DNA of 64,000 nucleotides. Origin: a virus. How positions within the stretch are numbered: the stretch's first letter is position 1; each line of letters begins with the position of its first letter. The position numbers and the translations under genes are program-made. A model generated the notes under the pieces. That model did not search any database. It was not told the DNA's origin and was given only the letters and a program-made list of their open reading frames with translations. The stretch lies in the IMG/VR virus record IMGVR_UViG_3300005573_000058, positions 64,001 to 128,000 of that record; one strand, 5' to 3'. Below, piece by piece: positions 1 to 9,763 of this stretch.

Positions 1-23
1 TTCGTAGAATGGCGGCGGCGACA

Positions 24-683
24 TTATATTTCTTCCCCCCTCTGCCATATCTTTTTAATCTCACTAGTAGCAGGATAGCTAGTTAATATATTATACATTA
101 GATGAGCAGGACTGACAACACTATCAACTGCCAATCTCACGCCAGCATATTCATAAGATAGAGCAGCTAACTCACTACAGAAGTAAGCAAAATCAACTTG
201 ATTAAGATATCTAGCTATTATAGTATCTTTAACTAAATACTTTATAATAGGTATCTTTAACAAAAACGACAGCACGCCAGGTAGATCATACAACGTGCCA
301 ACCTTACTCAATGCAAATCTACATATCTTCTCTCTTTTATCTGAATCTAATATAGATAAATCTAACGTATATACTGTTTCAAAATCAGTGAAATGTCTAT
401 TCAACTTAGTTACTTTCACGCCAGTGAAATCAGCAGATACACACTCCCCATCGCCAATATACACTTCTACATGAGATGGCAGTGTGTCTATTTTATCATG
501 AAAATTTATATCTTCTATACTCTCATACCATGCTATAAGTTTTGACCATATACTCTTATGATCTCTAACAAATATGAGTGTACCTGGTAGTATATAATCA
601 ATATCATTAGTATCATCTGTTATATCATACAAAAGTTCTTTTCTTTTGTTTTTTAACTGTATATATTTTTTAATATTCAACAT
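24..683 (-). CDS. Permuted papain-like (NlpC/P60, YaeF/YiiX-type) amidase/peptidase
   Basis: 219-aa ORF with His motif SHVEVYIG preceding Cys motif YFCSEL, the permuted order; AGGAGG SD on the - strand. Confidence 0.75.
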   Translation of the reverse strand: MLNIKKYIQLKNKRKELLYDITDDTNDIDYILPGTLIFVRDHKSIWSKLIAWYESIEDINFHDKIDTLPSHVEVYIGDGECVSADFTGVKVTKLNRHFTDFETVYTLDLSILDSDKREKICRFALSKVGTLYDLPGVLSFLLKIPIIKYLVKDTIIARYLNQVDFAYFCSELAALSYEYAGVRLAVDSVVSPAHLMYNILTSYPATSEIKKIWQRGEEI

Positions 684-702
684 AGTTTAACCTCCTGTTA
701 TA

Positions 703-790
703 ACATTACTACATCAGTAGCAGTCGCCGTTTTAACATTACTACATCAGCGGCAGTCGCTATTGTAACATTTACAACATCAGTGGCAGTC
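703..790. repeat. Three tandem ~32-33-bp repeats (ACATTACTACATCAGYRGCAGTCG core)
   Basis: Directly visible; related in reverse complement to the CGACTGCCACTG repeats at 15537-15600. Confidence 0.8.
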
Positions 791-1104
791 GTTCTTTTAT
801 AGTCATTCTTACACATCGTAGATAGTATAGCATATAACTGTTCTAAACAATGATATATTTTAAAATATAGATCAAGTAACGATTGTTACTTGATCATATA
901 ACTGTTCTAAGTAGTGAATGTTATTGTTCTAATAACTGCTGTTATCTGTTTTTTAACTGTATAAGATAGATGAAATAGATGTATAAGAATGATGATAAAG
1001 ATGTAATAAACAAGATATAGGCTGCGAAAGTAAATATAAGAATGATAGTAGAACATATAGAAATATATAAAACAGATATAGAAAGCATAAAAATGAATAT
1101 AACA

Positions 1105-1430
1105 ATGTAGCAGCAGTTAATGAGCAGGTATAAGAGCAGTATAAGAGCAGAATAGAGCAAGATAAGGGCAGTATAAGAGCAATATAAGAGCAAATAAATG
1201 GAACGACAGTTAATAGAGCAATGTAATGTAGAGCTGATGTAAGAGCAGATATAAGAGCAAGTAGAAGGCGGTGCGGTTTATAGAACAATAACGGCGACAT
1301 AACTTATAGAGCAGGTATAGGAACAGTATAGAGCTGTTATTAGAGCAAAGAAAAAAGAGCGGTGTAAGAACAGGTATAGGAACAATAGAAGAACAATGTA
1401 GAGCAGGTATAAGAACGGCTGAAGCAGGTG
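1105..1430. repeat. Degenerate short repeats, ATAAGAGCAG/ATAGAGCAG-like, ~10-12-bp period
   Basis: More than 15 imperfect copies in a non-coding, purine-skewed stretch. Confidence 0.7.
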
Positions 1431-1471
1431 TGTAGCTATCTGAAAGTCATACTATTATCACGAGTGGTAAG

Positions 1472-1611
1472 TGGTTGTTTTTGATGGTATAGGGCTGTTC
1501 CGAGCCCTAGCCATCAAAAACGACCAAATGAAGCCTATCAACCTGGGCTGCAGGGGTTGATAGGATAGGGCACTGTAGCAACTTTCTCCCATAGCTGCCG
1601 CCCTATGGGAG
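1472..1611 (+). promoter_or_regulatory. Structured GC-rich leader (three hairpins) upstream of the first early operon
   Basis: Inverted repeats at 1472-1526, 1534-1564 and about 1586-1611. Confidence 0.6.
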
Positions 1612-1650
1612 GAGGGAAAAAAGAAAATGGCGGCAAAAAGGGAGGTAGGT

Positions 1651-2808
1651 ATGTATAAAAAAGAAGAACAAAGGCAGCCAGGTGACACTCCGGCTGCTAA
1701 CGACAATAATAGGAGTGTCAACAAGCAGGGTAATGGAACAGGGACAGAACATAAAAAAGGAGGTAATATGAACATAGTAAATACATTCATACATAATATG
1801 AAAAAGAATATGACTACAGAAAATGCAAAAGACTTTGCGCAGATCATGACACTGACAGATGCAAAAGCTCTATGGGACAGCTATAAGAACTTCAAGATGA
1901 TAGAGACAGAGGATAACAACAAGAAGATGGAACAGATACTGATGAAACAGTTGATGAAAGAAGCTGTTGAGGCATTCATAAATAGATATAATGGAACAGA
2001 AATGAGTACTGTAGCTATGACTCCAGAAGAGATAGATACAGCTCTTACAAATATTGAAAGAACAGAAGAAGAGATTGAAAAGAAGATTAAAATGATCATG
2101 AGTAAGATAAATACTGATGATATGATGAAAGTCACAAAGAATTCTATATATGAATTTGTTACAGAAGTTGTAAAAATGAAGAATCCAACAACTGCAGATA
2201 TACTGAAACTTGCTATGAATATGAAAGTATCTACAATGACATCAGATACATTCGGTATTAAATTTGAGAAAGCATTTGCAGAAGCAGTAGCTGCTGTCGA
2301 CAAGATTGCTGGAAAGGAAGCTGTAAAGATAGAAATTGAAAATACAGAAGAATCTAAGATGGTTTCTATCCTTGATGGTGTGTTTAAAGTTGATATACTG
2401 AAGATATTCACAGATGTCATCCACATGATGCAAGTGAAGATGGTCAGAAAGTATAGTGATAGAAAATATAATATAGATCAGATGTTGACAGAAAAAACAG
2501 AAGCTATCAAAATGATGAATATTCTTGAGATGATAATAGAAGAGTTTGCGACAGATGGTAAGATAGATGATAAGACAGATGATAAAAAGATTACATTTAA
2601 AAATAATGTAATATTCTTCGAGAACATAGTGATGGATACAATAATAAACAGTCCACGCAGAAATGAATATGCAGAAGAGATAATTAGATATATTAATAAA
2701 ACAGATATAAAGGACAATGAAATCCTTGTTATTACATATGCCGAGATAAATAGTATTACAAGAGAAGCAGAAGTTACATTTAGAACATTGAAAAAGGAGA
2801 CAGTGTGA
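1651..2808 (+). CDS. Hypothetical helical protein; second in-frame SD+ATG at 1768
   Basis: Long ORF; GGAGG precedes both ATG 1651 and ATG 1768. Confidence 0.8.
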   Translation: MYKKEEQRQPGDTPAANDNNRSVNKQGNGTGTEHKKGGNMNIVNTFIHNMKKNMTTENAKDFAQIMTLTDAKALWDSYKNFKMIETEDNNKKMEQILMKQLMKEAVEAFINRYNGTEMSTVAMTPEEIDTALTNIERTEEEIEKKIKMIMSKINTDDMMKVTKNSIYEFVTEVVKMKNPTTADILKLAMNMKVSTMTSDTFGIKFEKAFAEAVAAVDKIAGKEAVKIEIENTEESKMVSILDGVFKVDILKIFTDVIHMMQVKMVRKYSDRKYNIDQMLTEKTEAIKMMNILEMIIEEFATDGKIDDKTDDKKITFKNNVIFFENIVMDTIINSPRRNEYAEEIIRYINKTDIKDNEILVITYAEINSITREAEVTFRTLKKETV

Positions 2809-5396
2809 ACAATAATAAAAATAACAAAATAAATAATAATATGAATACAAATATGAATAACAGAGTGATAATAGCATATACAGACGGATCTTGGACATCT
2901 AACAATCCAAATGTTGCTGGATTTGGTATCGTGATTACAGATATAAATAGAAATGTTGTCTATACAGAGACTGGTGAATTGACAGGTAATATTGTGAAGA
3001 TGAGACAAGTAGCAGGAGAGATGAAAGCTGCTATGAAAGCTGTATATTATGCAATAAACAACAGATATAATGAAATTGTTATCAGATATGACTATGAAGG
3101 CGTCGAAAAATGGGCCACTGGAGCATGGAAAGCAAAGAATGAATGGACTAAGAAATATGCAGAATGGATGAATAACGCGATGAAGAGAATAAGGATCAGA
3201 TTTGAGAAGATTAATGCAGCAGATAATATAGCAGACATGATAGCAAGAGAATCTACTGGAGCAAAGGATGCACATAACAGTGAAAGCAGATTAAAAGGAA
3301 TGTTCAATATGACAATGAAAAAAGATAATAATATGAATAATAACAAAAATAACGATACAGAAAAAGTAAGTCCTATGATTAGAGCAGTAGCGACAGAGGT
3401 AAATAAGATGCTCAATAATGACAACAGAATTAAGAAGATTAACAATGAGTATTGCACAATCGATCTGATTGTTGTAGCAAAGAGAGAAAATTCAGACATC
3501 GTGTCTGTAGCAGCTGAAGCAAGACAAGGCGTGATCAGTATAGAGAATGCAGAGATATATTATAAGAATATGATTAAATTTAAAGGATTCATTCCAACAG
3601 AAGCTGAAATTAAAGCGATAATTGGTGATAGAGAATTCATTTATGTAACTTCCAGTGGTCAAGGTCAGACAGATCCAATTATTATGATAGTTGCAAATGA
3701 TAGAATTAGAGAGGACAGAGAGCTTCTCAAGCTTGTAACGAATAATAAGAAGAAACTGCAAAGAATCAAGCTGCTCATCAGATCTCGTAAGTTCATGTTT
3801 GGTAATATAGGTATTACAGACGTTAAGTTCCTCGAAGATCCTGCTGACAACGATTATAGAACAGATGGTGTTATTTATCTAAATACAGATTTCGTAAGAG
3901 ACTTCAATAAGAAGAACGGTATAGATCTTGTTGGTGCAGAAGTGAAAGGTCTTGTGAAAGGTACTATAATGATGAGAGCAGATATACCATATAATGCTAT
4001 TGGTGTCCCAGTCGAAAATGCTCTCAAGTTCGACACAAGGGATAAGAATCTCATTCTTACACGTTCTGGTATAGCAGAATTTGCTGATTTCAGAATGACT
4101 CATACAAGAGGTCTGCCAATAGAACTTATACATCTTGTGAACAAGAAACTTACAAAGGATGAAAAGATTACAACTGCAGATCTTAAGATCAAGATACATG
4201 ATTCTAAACTCTTACACTATGTGTGGAAGATACCAGAGCTCAGAACAAAGATGATAGTTGAAAAGATCATGGATGAATTCAAAGCTGCTATTGTGAAAGC
4301 ATTCAAGACAGATATAAGGAAAGCTGGTGCTGTAATTGAACCTAAACTTGATCTTGACTATGACGAAGTAGTTGTACCACGCAAGATAGCAGAATGGATG
4401 AATATTAAAGTTGGTGACAAGGTTGCTCTATTCAGATCTCCAATTCCAACTCTGTTCAATCTTGCACAACTTAAAGTTGTAGCAACTACAGAACATAATG
4501 TGATCATGCTCAATCCAGATGTTGTGAAGTTTATACTTCTTGGTGATTATGATGGTGATACTGCCTTTATTATAACAGAACCAAGAATTGTTAAAGTTGC
4601 AACACCACCATCTACAATTATAGATGAAGCAAAGAGACTTGTAACTGAGTATGCAGAGAAAGTAGAAGAAAGGGCAGCTAATGTTGGTGATCTTGATGAG
4701 TATGAAATATGGAATCTGTCTTATAAGAACGCACAGCAGATTGGTAGAGCAACTTATAATCATTGGAGCTATATTGAGAAACATTATACATTCAGAGAAC
4801 AGATGAAGAGCTGGCTCTATAGAGTTCAGATGATCATAGATGCAACTAAATATGGAATCAATATTGGAGAAGTACAGAGCGATCTCGAAAATGAAATATA
4901 TGAAAATATGCTTGTTTCTGGTAAGTTTAGTGCAGAAAGTACCATAGAACTAGTAAATAAGAAGATTAATAGAACAGAAATATTTGGTATCCAAATGACA
5001 GAAGCATTTAAACTTGCATTTAAGAAGATGATTGAATATATGAATAAAGATGTTGATACAGCTGATATGAATAGAATTAGAAAGTTTACTAACGATGCAA
5101 TAGAACTGATTAAGAAACAAGGAAAGACAAAGATCTTAGATGAATATCTACTTACACTTTATAGAGATAAGAAATTTAATACTATAAAAACTATGATAGA
5201 AACAGATACTGAAAATAAGATCGATAGATTTATACTTGCTATTGCTGCACTCAGAGTATGGAACTATCCATGGAATGTTGGTATAGCAGAATTTGTGAAT
5301 CCAGATCTTATTGAAAAGCTTTATAATATAGAACATGCTAATTTCGAAGATGAAGAGCCAGAAATAGGAATAGATATTGATCAGGAGGAGATATGA
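2805..5396 (+). CDS. RNase HI domain fused to a single-subunit two-barrel (YonO/cellular RdRP-like) RNA polymerase
   Basis: N-terminal YTDGSW, RQVAGEM, YDYEG, NIAD (RNase H); then TDGVIY, KGLVKG, LFRSP, LGDYDGD, IDATKYG (two-barrel polymerase motifs). Confidence 0.8.
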   Translation: MNNNKNNKINNNMNTNMNNRVIIAYTDGSWTSNNPNVAGFGIVITDINRNVVYTETGELTGNIVKMRQVAGEMKAAMKAVYYAINNRYNEIVIRYDYEGVEKWATGAWKAKNEWTKKYAEWMNNAMKRIRIRFEKINAADNIADMIARESTGAKDAHNSESRLKGMFNMTMKKDNNMNNNKNNDTEKVSPMIRAVATEVNKMLNNDNRIKKINNEYCTIDLIVVAKRENSDIVSVAAEARQGVISIENAEIYYKNMIKFKGFIPTEAEIKAIIGDREFIYVTSSGQGQTDPIIMIVANDRIREDRELLKLVTNNKKKLQRIKLLIRSRKFMFGNIGITDVKFLEDPADNDYRTDGVIYLNTDFVRDFNKKNGIDLVGAEVKGLVKGTIMMRADIPYNAIGVPVENALKFDTRDKNLILTRSGIAEFADFRMTHTRGLPIELIHLVNKKLTKDEKITTADLKIKIHDSKLLHYVWKIPELRTKMIVEKIMDEFKAAIVKAFKTDIRKAGAVIEPKLDLDYDEVVVPRKIAEWMNIKVGDKVALFRSPIPTLFNLAQLKVVATTEHNVIMLNPDVVKFILLGDYDGDTAFIITEPRIVKVATPPSTIIDEAKRLVTEYAEKVEERAANVGDLDEYEIWNLSYKNAQQIGRATYNHWSYIEKHYTFREQMKSWLYRVQMIIDATKYGINIGEVQSDLENEIYENMLVSGKFSAESTIELVNKKINRTEIFGIQMTEAFKLAFKKMIEYMNKDVDTADMNRIRKFTNDAIELIKKQGKTKILDEYLLTLYRDKKFNTIKTMIETDTENKIDRFILAIAALRVWNYPWNVGIAEFVNPDLIEKLYNIEHANFEDEEPEIGIDIDQEEI

Positions 5397-5722
5397 TCGA
5401 CAATAAAATAATTAATATGATATTTTATAAAGTTGTTGTCAGAGGAACTAACAGCGGACCATGGTCAATTAATATGACAGAGAAAGAGAAAGCTACATCC
5501 AAATATGTATTCTTTGCAGATGAAAGAAACATTAATATATGGATCAGAGAGGCAGTAAGAACTTATGGCGACAGATATGAATTTGATCTTGTTTGCTATA
5601 GAGTTAAAGTAAATAATATTGATAATGTTATATATGAACCTAATCAGATTGTTATCAGAAAAGATGCAATTATATCTGTAACAGAGAAGATGAGAGTAAA
5701 GATCAACAAGGAGGCAGTGTGA
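5393..5722 (+). CDS. Hypothetical protein
   Basis: ORF with SD, overlapping the upstream stop. Confidence 0.75.
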   Translation: MIDNKIINMIFYKVVVRGTNSGPWSINMTEKEKATSKYVFFADERNINIWIREAVRTYGDRYEFDLVCYRVKVNNIDNVIYEPNQIVIRKDAIISVTEKMRVKINKEAV

Positions 5723-6420
5723 ACAATAATATTAATATAACTATGAAGAATCTTATGAAACAGATCCATGAATATATGAAGCAGATTCATGAACATAATA
5801 GCAGAATAAGTCATGAACAGAAGTTACAGAGAGAGATAAAAGATAATAGAAAGTTGATAATCAGATGGCTACAAGCATATGAAGTTGTTGATAAGACATA
5901 CGATGAAATATTTGAATATGAATTCAGTACAGCAGATAAGATAGAGAAAGCAGCAGAGGTAGTGATAAATAAGAAACATATGGATCATGTAAAAGTCGGA
6001 TTATTGTTCAATCATAAAGCTGTAAGAAGAACATTCAAAGGAGATGTATTTTCAATGTCAGGAGAACAGTTGAAAGATCTATTGAACAGATATGTGAGAG
6101 CGATGAAAGATGAAAACAATAGTGAGGATAGTTTAACAGAACAGTTCTTTAAGATGCATCATCTGAATGTACATACTGTTGAACAGATAGATGACAACAG
6201 ATTATATAAAACACAGAAAGCAGGTGGAGTTGTTCGTGAGTGCTGGGTCAGAGGTAGAATAATAGGTATAGTACTTAGAGATAGAATAAATCATATTTAC
6301 AACGAAAAAGAAGGACAGTTAATTATAGATGTATTAAGAACAGCGTTAGAATATGCGAAAAAGAACAATATACCAGTTTACATAATAGATGATAGGCAGC
6401 AGAGAGTATATATGGCATAA
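5719..6420 (+). CDS. Hypothetical protein
   Basis: 233-aa ORF, GTG start after GGAGG, translationally coupled. Confidence 0.75.
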   Translation: MNNNINITMKNLMKQIHEYMKQIHEHNSRISHEQKLQREIKDNRKLIIRWLQAYEVVDKTYDEIFEYEFSTADKIEKAAEVVINKKHMDHVKVGLLFNHKAVRRTFKGDVFSMSGEQLKDLLNRYVRAMKDENNSEDSLTEQFFKMHHLNVHTVEQIDDNRLYKTQKAGGVVRECWVRGRIIGIVLRDRINHIYNEKEGQLIIDVLRTALEYAKKNNIPVYIIDDRQQRVYMA

Positions 6421-6430
6421 CAATTTAAAA

Positions 6431-6820
6431 AAGCATCAGATATACATACTAGACGCATGCACTGTCGTGCACTGTAAGTGCATATGCATGTGTTACCTTT
6501 CTTAAGGTAACATGTGCATGGTGCATGTTGTTAGTATCTATATCTGATGCTTGGGTGTTGGCCTCACCCTTAAAAAAGGCCCGTTAGTTCAGGTGAGGTT
6601 CCGGACGAGAACATAGGAACCCCGGGGGCAGTAGCCCTGACATCGACAGCGGGCACTAATGTGCACCACGCTGTCGATTTTTTTCTTCCTGGCAGTCCTT
6701 AAGCTGCAGGAGGACATAAGTCCAGGAAGAGAAAATGGTAACTGCAGCAAAAAACAAGAGCGATGGCATGGTGCCATCGCTCTAAACTTTGCTGCCTTTT
6801 ATGGCGGCAGAAGGAGGAGG
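6431..6820 (+). ncRNA. Candidate structured RNA or long 5' leader
   Basis: ~120-nt hairpin at 6431-6552, GC-rich multibranch element at 6553-6645, hairpins at 6642-6678 and 6681-6735; GC far above background. Confidence 0.45.
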
Positions 6821-6821
6821 T

Positions 6822-7199
6822 ATGTCTTTGTTGAAATTTGATGTCAAAAAAGTTATTATCACAAAAAATGAGATAAAAGTTGAAAAAAATGTTGTTGAAG
6901 CGATTAAAAAAGTTGCGGATATATCTTATAAGATGTATCCGCTTAAGAAAATTGTATGGATAAAGATTGACGATTTATGCGTTATAAGTCAAAATCCTAA
7001 AGGTAGAAGTATATATGCTAAGTTAGTAAGTAAAAACATAATAGGAATATATAGAGTAGGATGGATTGTTAAAGATAAAAAGGGTAAAAGAGAGTGGGTA
7101 GCAAAATATTTTTTGCGACCTAATCGAGAAAAAAATATATTTGAACTGGAAATCTACAAGCCAGGTTCGAAGATACCTGGCTTAGATGACAGGAAGTAA
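6822..7199 (+). CDS. Hypothetical cassette protein, paralog of 12565-12996
   Basis: Shared SQNPKG.S.YA.LVS.N.IG.YR.GW and AKYFLR.NR...DDRK. Confidence 0.85.
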   Translation: MSLLKFDVKKVIITKNEIKVEKNVVEAIKKVADISYKMYPLKKIVWIKIDDLCVISQNPKGRSIYAKLVSKNIIGIYRVGWIVKDKKGKREWVAKYFLRPNREKNIFELEIYKPGSKIPGLDDRK

Positions 7200-7420
7200 A
7201 ATAAATATGGTGGGTGGATAGGTTTGTTATTCTATCCCCCCCACCATATTCCCTCCAGGGAGAGTAGCGATTATGTATTGTTGCTACTCTCACTATGGGG
7301 AAGGAATAAACACACAGGCAACTGAAAATATGGTTGCCTGTGTTAATGGTTTTTAAAAAATTTGATAGGAACAGTGAGGTTCTATTCCTTCTGTTCCTAT
7401 CATAAAAATAAGGAGGTATT

Positions 7421-7756
7421 ATGTTAATTGTGTGTAACAGTTTTAGCACAAATATGTTAAATTCTTTTAATGATGAATCAGTTATCAGTTTCCGAAAAAT
7501 TTCCTTGCAAGAAGCAAGGAAATTCGTAGAAGACGCTGAGAGCGTCTCATCAGCTGTCGGCCATGCGCCGACTGCAGAAGTATTCTCTAAGTTGTTGGGA
7601 ATTAGAATAGAAACGAACAGGACCGAGATAAAACTCGGTCCTGAAACTGTCTTACTAATAGGTAGCCTCGGAACGAGGCTACCTGAAGGAAGAATCCTGT
7701 CCAAGGAAGAGCTTGAAGCTCTTCCAATTATTTGGTGGGTCGCCTCATTGGTTTAG
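7421..7756 (+). CDS. acrIII-1: DUF1874 (STIV B116-like) protein, AcrIII-1-type cyclic oligoadenylate ring nuclease
   Basis: Motifs NSFSTNML, SAVGHAPTA (catalytic GH), NRTEIKL and RLPEGRILS..EL. Confidence 0.8.
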   Translation: MLIVCNSFSTNMLNSFNDESVISFRKISLQEARKFVEDAESVSSAVGHAPTAEVFSKLLGIRIETNRTEIKLGPETVLLIGSLGTRLPEGRILSKEELEALPIIWWVASLV

Positions 7757-7768
7757 GCAACCCACCAA

Positions 7769-7798
7769 AGAGAAGCCCCTTTCAGGGCTTCTCTTTTT
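7769..7798 (+). terminator. Rho-independent terminator
   Basis: AGAGAAGCCC/GGGCTTCTCT stem followed by a T run; similar ones at about 8157, 8903, 9530, 10982, 11354, 13002 and 13690. Confidence 0.75.
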
Positions 7799-7991
7799 GC
7801 CCCCCGCCATAGAGTTCCACAGTAGCCTGCGGGGGGCTTGTTCATACTACAGATGTAACATATGTAACAGTTGTATGAACAGAAGATTTCATTACTGTTC
7901 ATACAACTGTTGTATCTGCTTAAAACGGTTTTTAAAAAATAGAAATAGCAGGTTCTACTCCTGCTACTTCTATTATAAAAAAGGAGGTTGT
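7799..7991 (+). repeat. Cassette leader module, copy 1 (GC hairpin, long hairpin, GGTTTTTAAAAAA, leader hairpin type Y, SD)
   Basis: One of eight full copies. Confidence 0.9.
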
Positions 7992-8171
7992 ATGAAAAAA
8001 GAAGGAAAAATAGTAGTTAGGTTTGGAAGGTCTGATCCTGATGGAATAAGCTACTACTGTTTTCAAGAAGATAAAACTTATTACTCAGGATACTTTGATA
8101 TCATAGAAATAGAATTAAGTATAGAAGAGTGGAAAAAACTGAAAAGTCAATTAAAAACCCACAGCTGCTAA
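7992..8171 (+). CDS. Small hypothetical cassette protein (59 aa)
   Basis: AAGGAGG before ATG 7992; stop lies inside a terminator hairpin. Confidence 0.75.
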   Translation: MKKEGKIVVRFGRSDPDGISYYCFQEDKTYYSGYFDIIEIELSIEEWKKLKSQLKTHSC

Positions 8172-8191
8172 ACTGTGGGTTTTTTCTTTTT

Positions 8192-8383
8192 GCCCCCCGC
8201 CCTAGCCAATCCAAAGTAGCTGGCGGGGGGCTTGTTCATATTAAAGATGTAACAGAAGTATGAACAGAAGTTTTATTACTGTTCATACAACTGTTGCATC
8301 AATAGAGGTTTTTAAAAAAAGAGCAATGACAATGGTGTCATTGCTCTAAACAGCTGCCTTACGGCAGCAAAAAGGAGGTTTTT
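8192..8383 (+). repeat. Cassette leader module, copy 2 (leader hairpin type X)
   Basis: Same architecture as copy 1. Confidence 0.9.
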
Positions 8384-8920
8384 ATGATAAAAGAAGTTCA
8401 TGTAAACATATATGAAGTAATCATAAGAAAACTGGATACACCTTCTGACATATCTAAAGATGAAGCTATGATATACTTACAACTTGCGAAAGATAACGAT
8501 AATTATTACAGAAACGCAAAAAGAATTTATGAAAAGTTCAAAGATGATCCTGAGATAAGAAAAGAACTGCTCGAAAATGGTTTTACAGATCCTAAATTCT
8601 TATGGTCGTTAAGCGAAGACGAAATTAAAAATGCAAGAAAAGATTACAGATTTGCATTGGAAATAGTGTATAATATGACAGCGAAGGAAATCAGAGATGT
8701 TATACAAAGATGGAAGAAGGAAGAGGAAGAAATAGAAAGAAAGAGGAAAGAAGAAGAAAAAGAAGAAGCAAAAAGAATTGCTGAAGAGCTAGAAATTACA
8801 AAAGAAGATATAATAAGCAAGCCAGTAGAAGTAATCAAAAGGATAAGAATTATGAAAAATGCATATTTAAAAGAAGCAAAAGAAGTATTTGATAAAATAA
8901 AGAAAGTCCTCCTTGAGTGA
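8384..8920 (+). CDS. Hypothetical charged, helical cassette protein
   Basis: ORF with SD and terminator. Confidence 0.8.
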   Translation: MIKEVHVNIYEVIIRKLDTPSDISKDEAMIYLQLAKDNDNYYRNAKRIYEKFKDDPEIRKELLENGFTDPKFLWSLSEDEIKNARKDYRFALEIVYNMTAKEIRDVIQRWKKEEEEIERKRKEEEKEEAKRIAEELEITKEDIISKPVEVIKRIRIMKNAYLKEAKEVFDKIKKVLLE

Positions 8921-8948
8921 GGACTTTCTTTTTTTGTTACAGTAATCA

Positions 8949-9144
8949 GCCCGCCGCCACAGAATTTCAAAGCAGCCTGCGGCGGGCTTGTTTTTAAAGA
9001 TGCAACAGATGTATAGACAGAAGATTTTAATATAGTTCATACATCTGTTGCATCTGCTTAAAACGGTTTTTTAAAAAACAAGAGCGATGGCATGGTGCCA
9101 TCGCTCTAAACCTTGCCATCATATTGATGGCAAAAGGAGGTAAT
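8949..9144 (+). repeat. Cassette leader module, copy 3 (type X)
   Basis: GCCCGCCGC/GCGGCGGGC compensatory variant of the GC hairpin. Confidence 0.9.
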
Positions 9145-9546
9145 ATGAAGAAGTATGATGCTATTTGTTTGTTAAAGAAAATTGGAACAACCAAAGAAAA
9201 CTTTGAACAAATGCCAAAAGAAGAAATAGTAGAAAAAATTTATAAGGAACTGAATACATATAGTTTACAAACTGCGAATGATTTATATAAAGAGATAAAG
9301 GAATCTGTTCACAAAGAAGTTGATATAAAAGAAGCTTTAACTGATTTCTCAAATAAAGTTGAAGCTGCTGATAAAAATGCTTACGATATAGAGTTTATTT
9401 ACGACATGTTGGATGCTGTTATAGAATTGCTACAAGACTTAGGATATGAAATTGACAAAGATATATCCAAAAGATTATGGAGAACGTTAGGTGAAATGAA
9501 GATCATTTGTGAAAAATATGAAAGTAAAAAGAACGCTCTCAACTGA
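9145..9546 (+). CDS. Hypothetical cassette protein
   Basis: SD at 9134-9140; terminator overlaps the stop. Confidence 0.8.
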   Translation: MKKYDAICLLKKIGTTKENFEQMPKEEIVEKIYKELNTYSLQTANDLYKEIKESVHKEVDIKEALTDFSNKVEAADKNAYDIEFIYDMLDAVIELLQDLGYEIDKDISKRLWRTLGEMKIICEKYESKKNALN

Positions 9547-9573
9547 GAGCGTTCTTTTTTGTTACAGTAATCC

Positions 9574-9763
9574 GCCCGCCGCCCCAGCTTATCCAAAGCA
9601 GCCTGCGGCGGGCTGTTCATATTACAGATGCAACAGATGTATGAATAGAAGATTTTAATACAGTTCATACATCTGTTGTATCAACAGAGGTTTTTAAAAA
9701 AATCGGTAGGAACAGTAAGGTTCTATTCCTTCTGTTCCTATCTGTAAATAAAAGGAGGTATTT
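9574..9763 (+). repeat. Cassette leader module, copy 4 (type Y)
   Basis: Same architecture. Confidence 0.9.

Noticed and set aside
942-1847. Minus-strand ORFs here and the many antisense ORFs elsewhere in the track
   Set aside because: Shadow frames of purine-rich repeats or of + strand genes; no SD, and low-complexity F/L/S/I composition
7364-7401. preQ1-I riboswitch (AGGTTC loop followed by an A-rich tail)
   Set aside because: The 7-nt loop is too short and no pseudoknot partner follows
7713-7991. 152-aa ORF 7713-8171, and similar ORF 11309-11506
   Set aside because: These frames read through the non-coding cassette module; SD-supported starts lie downstream
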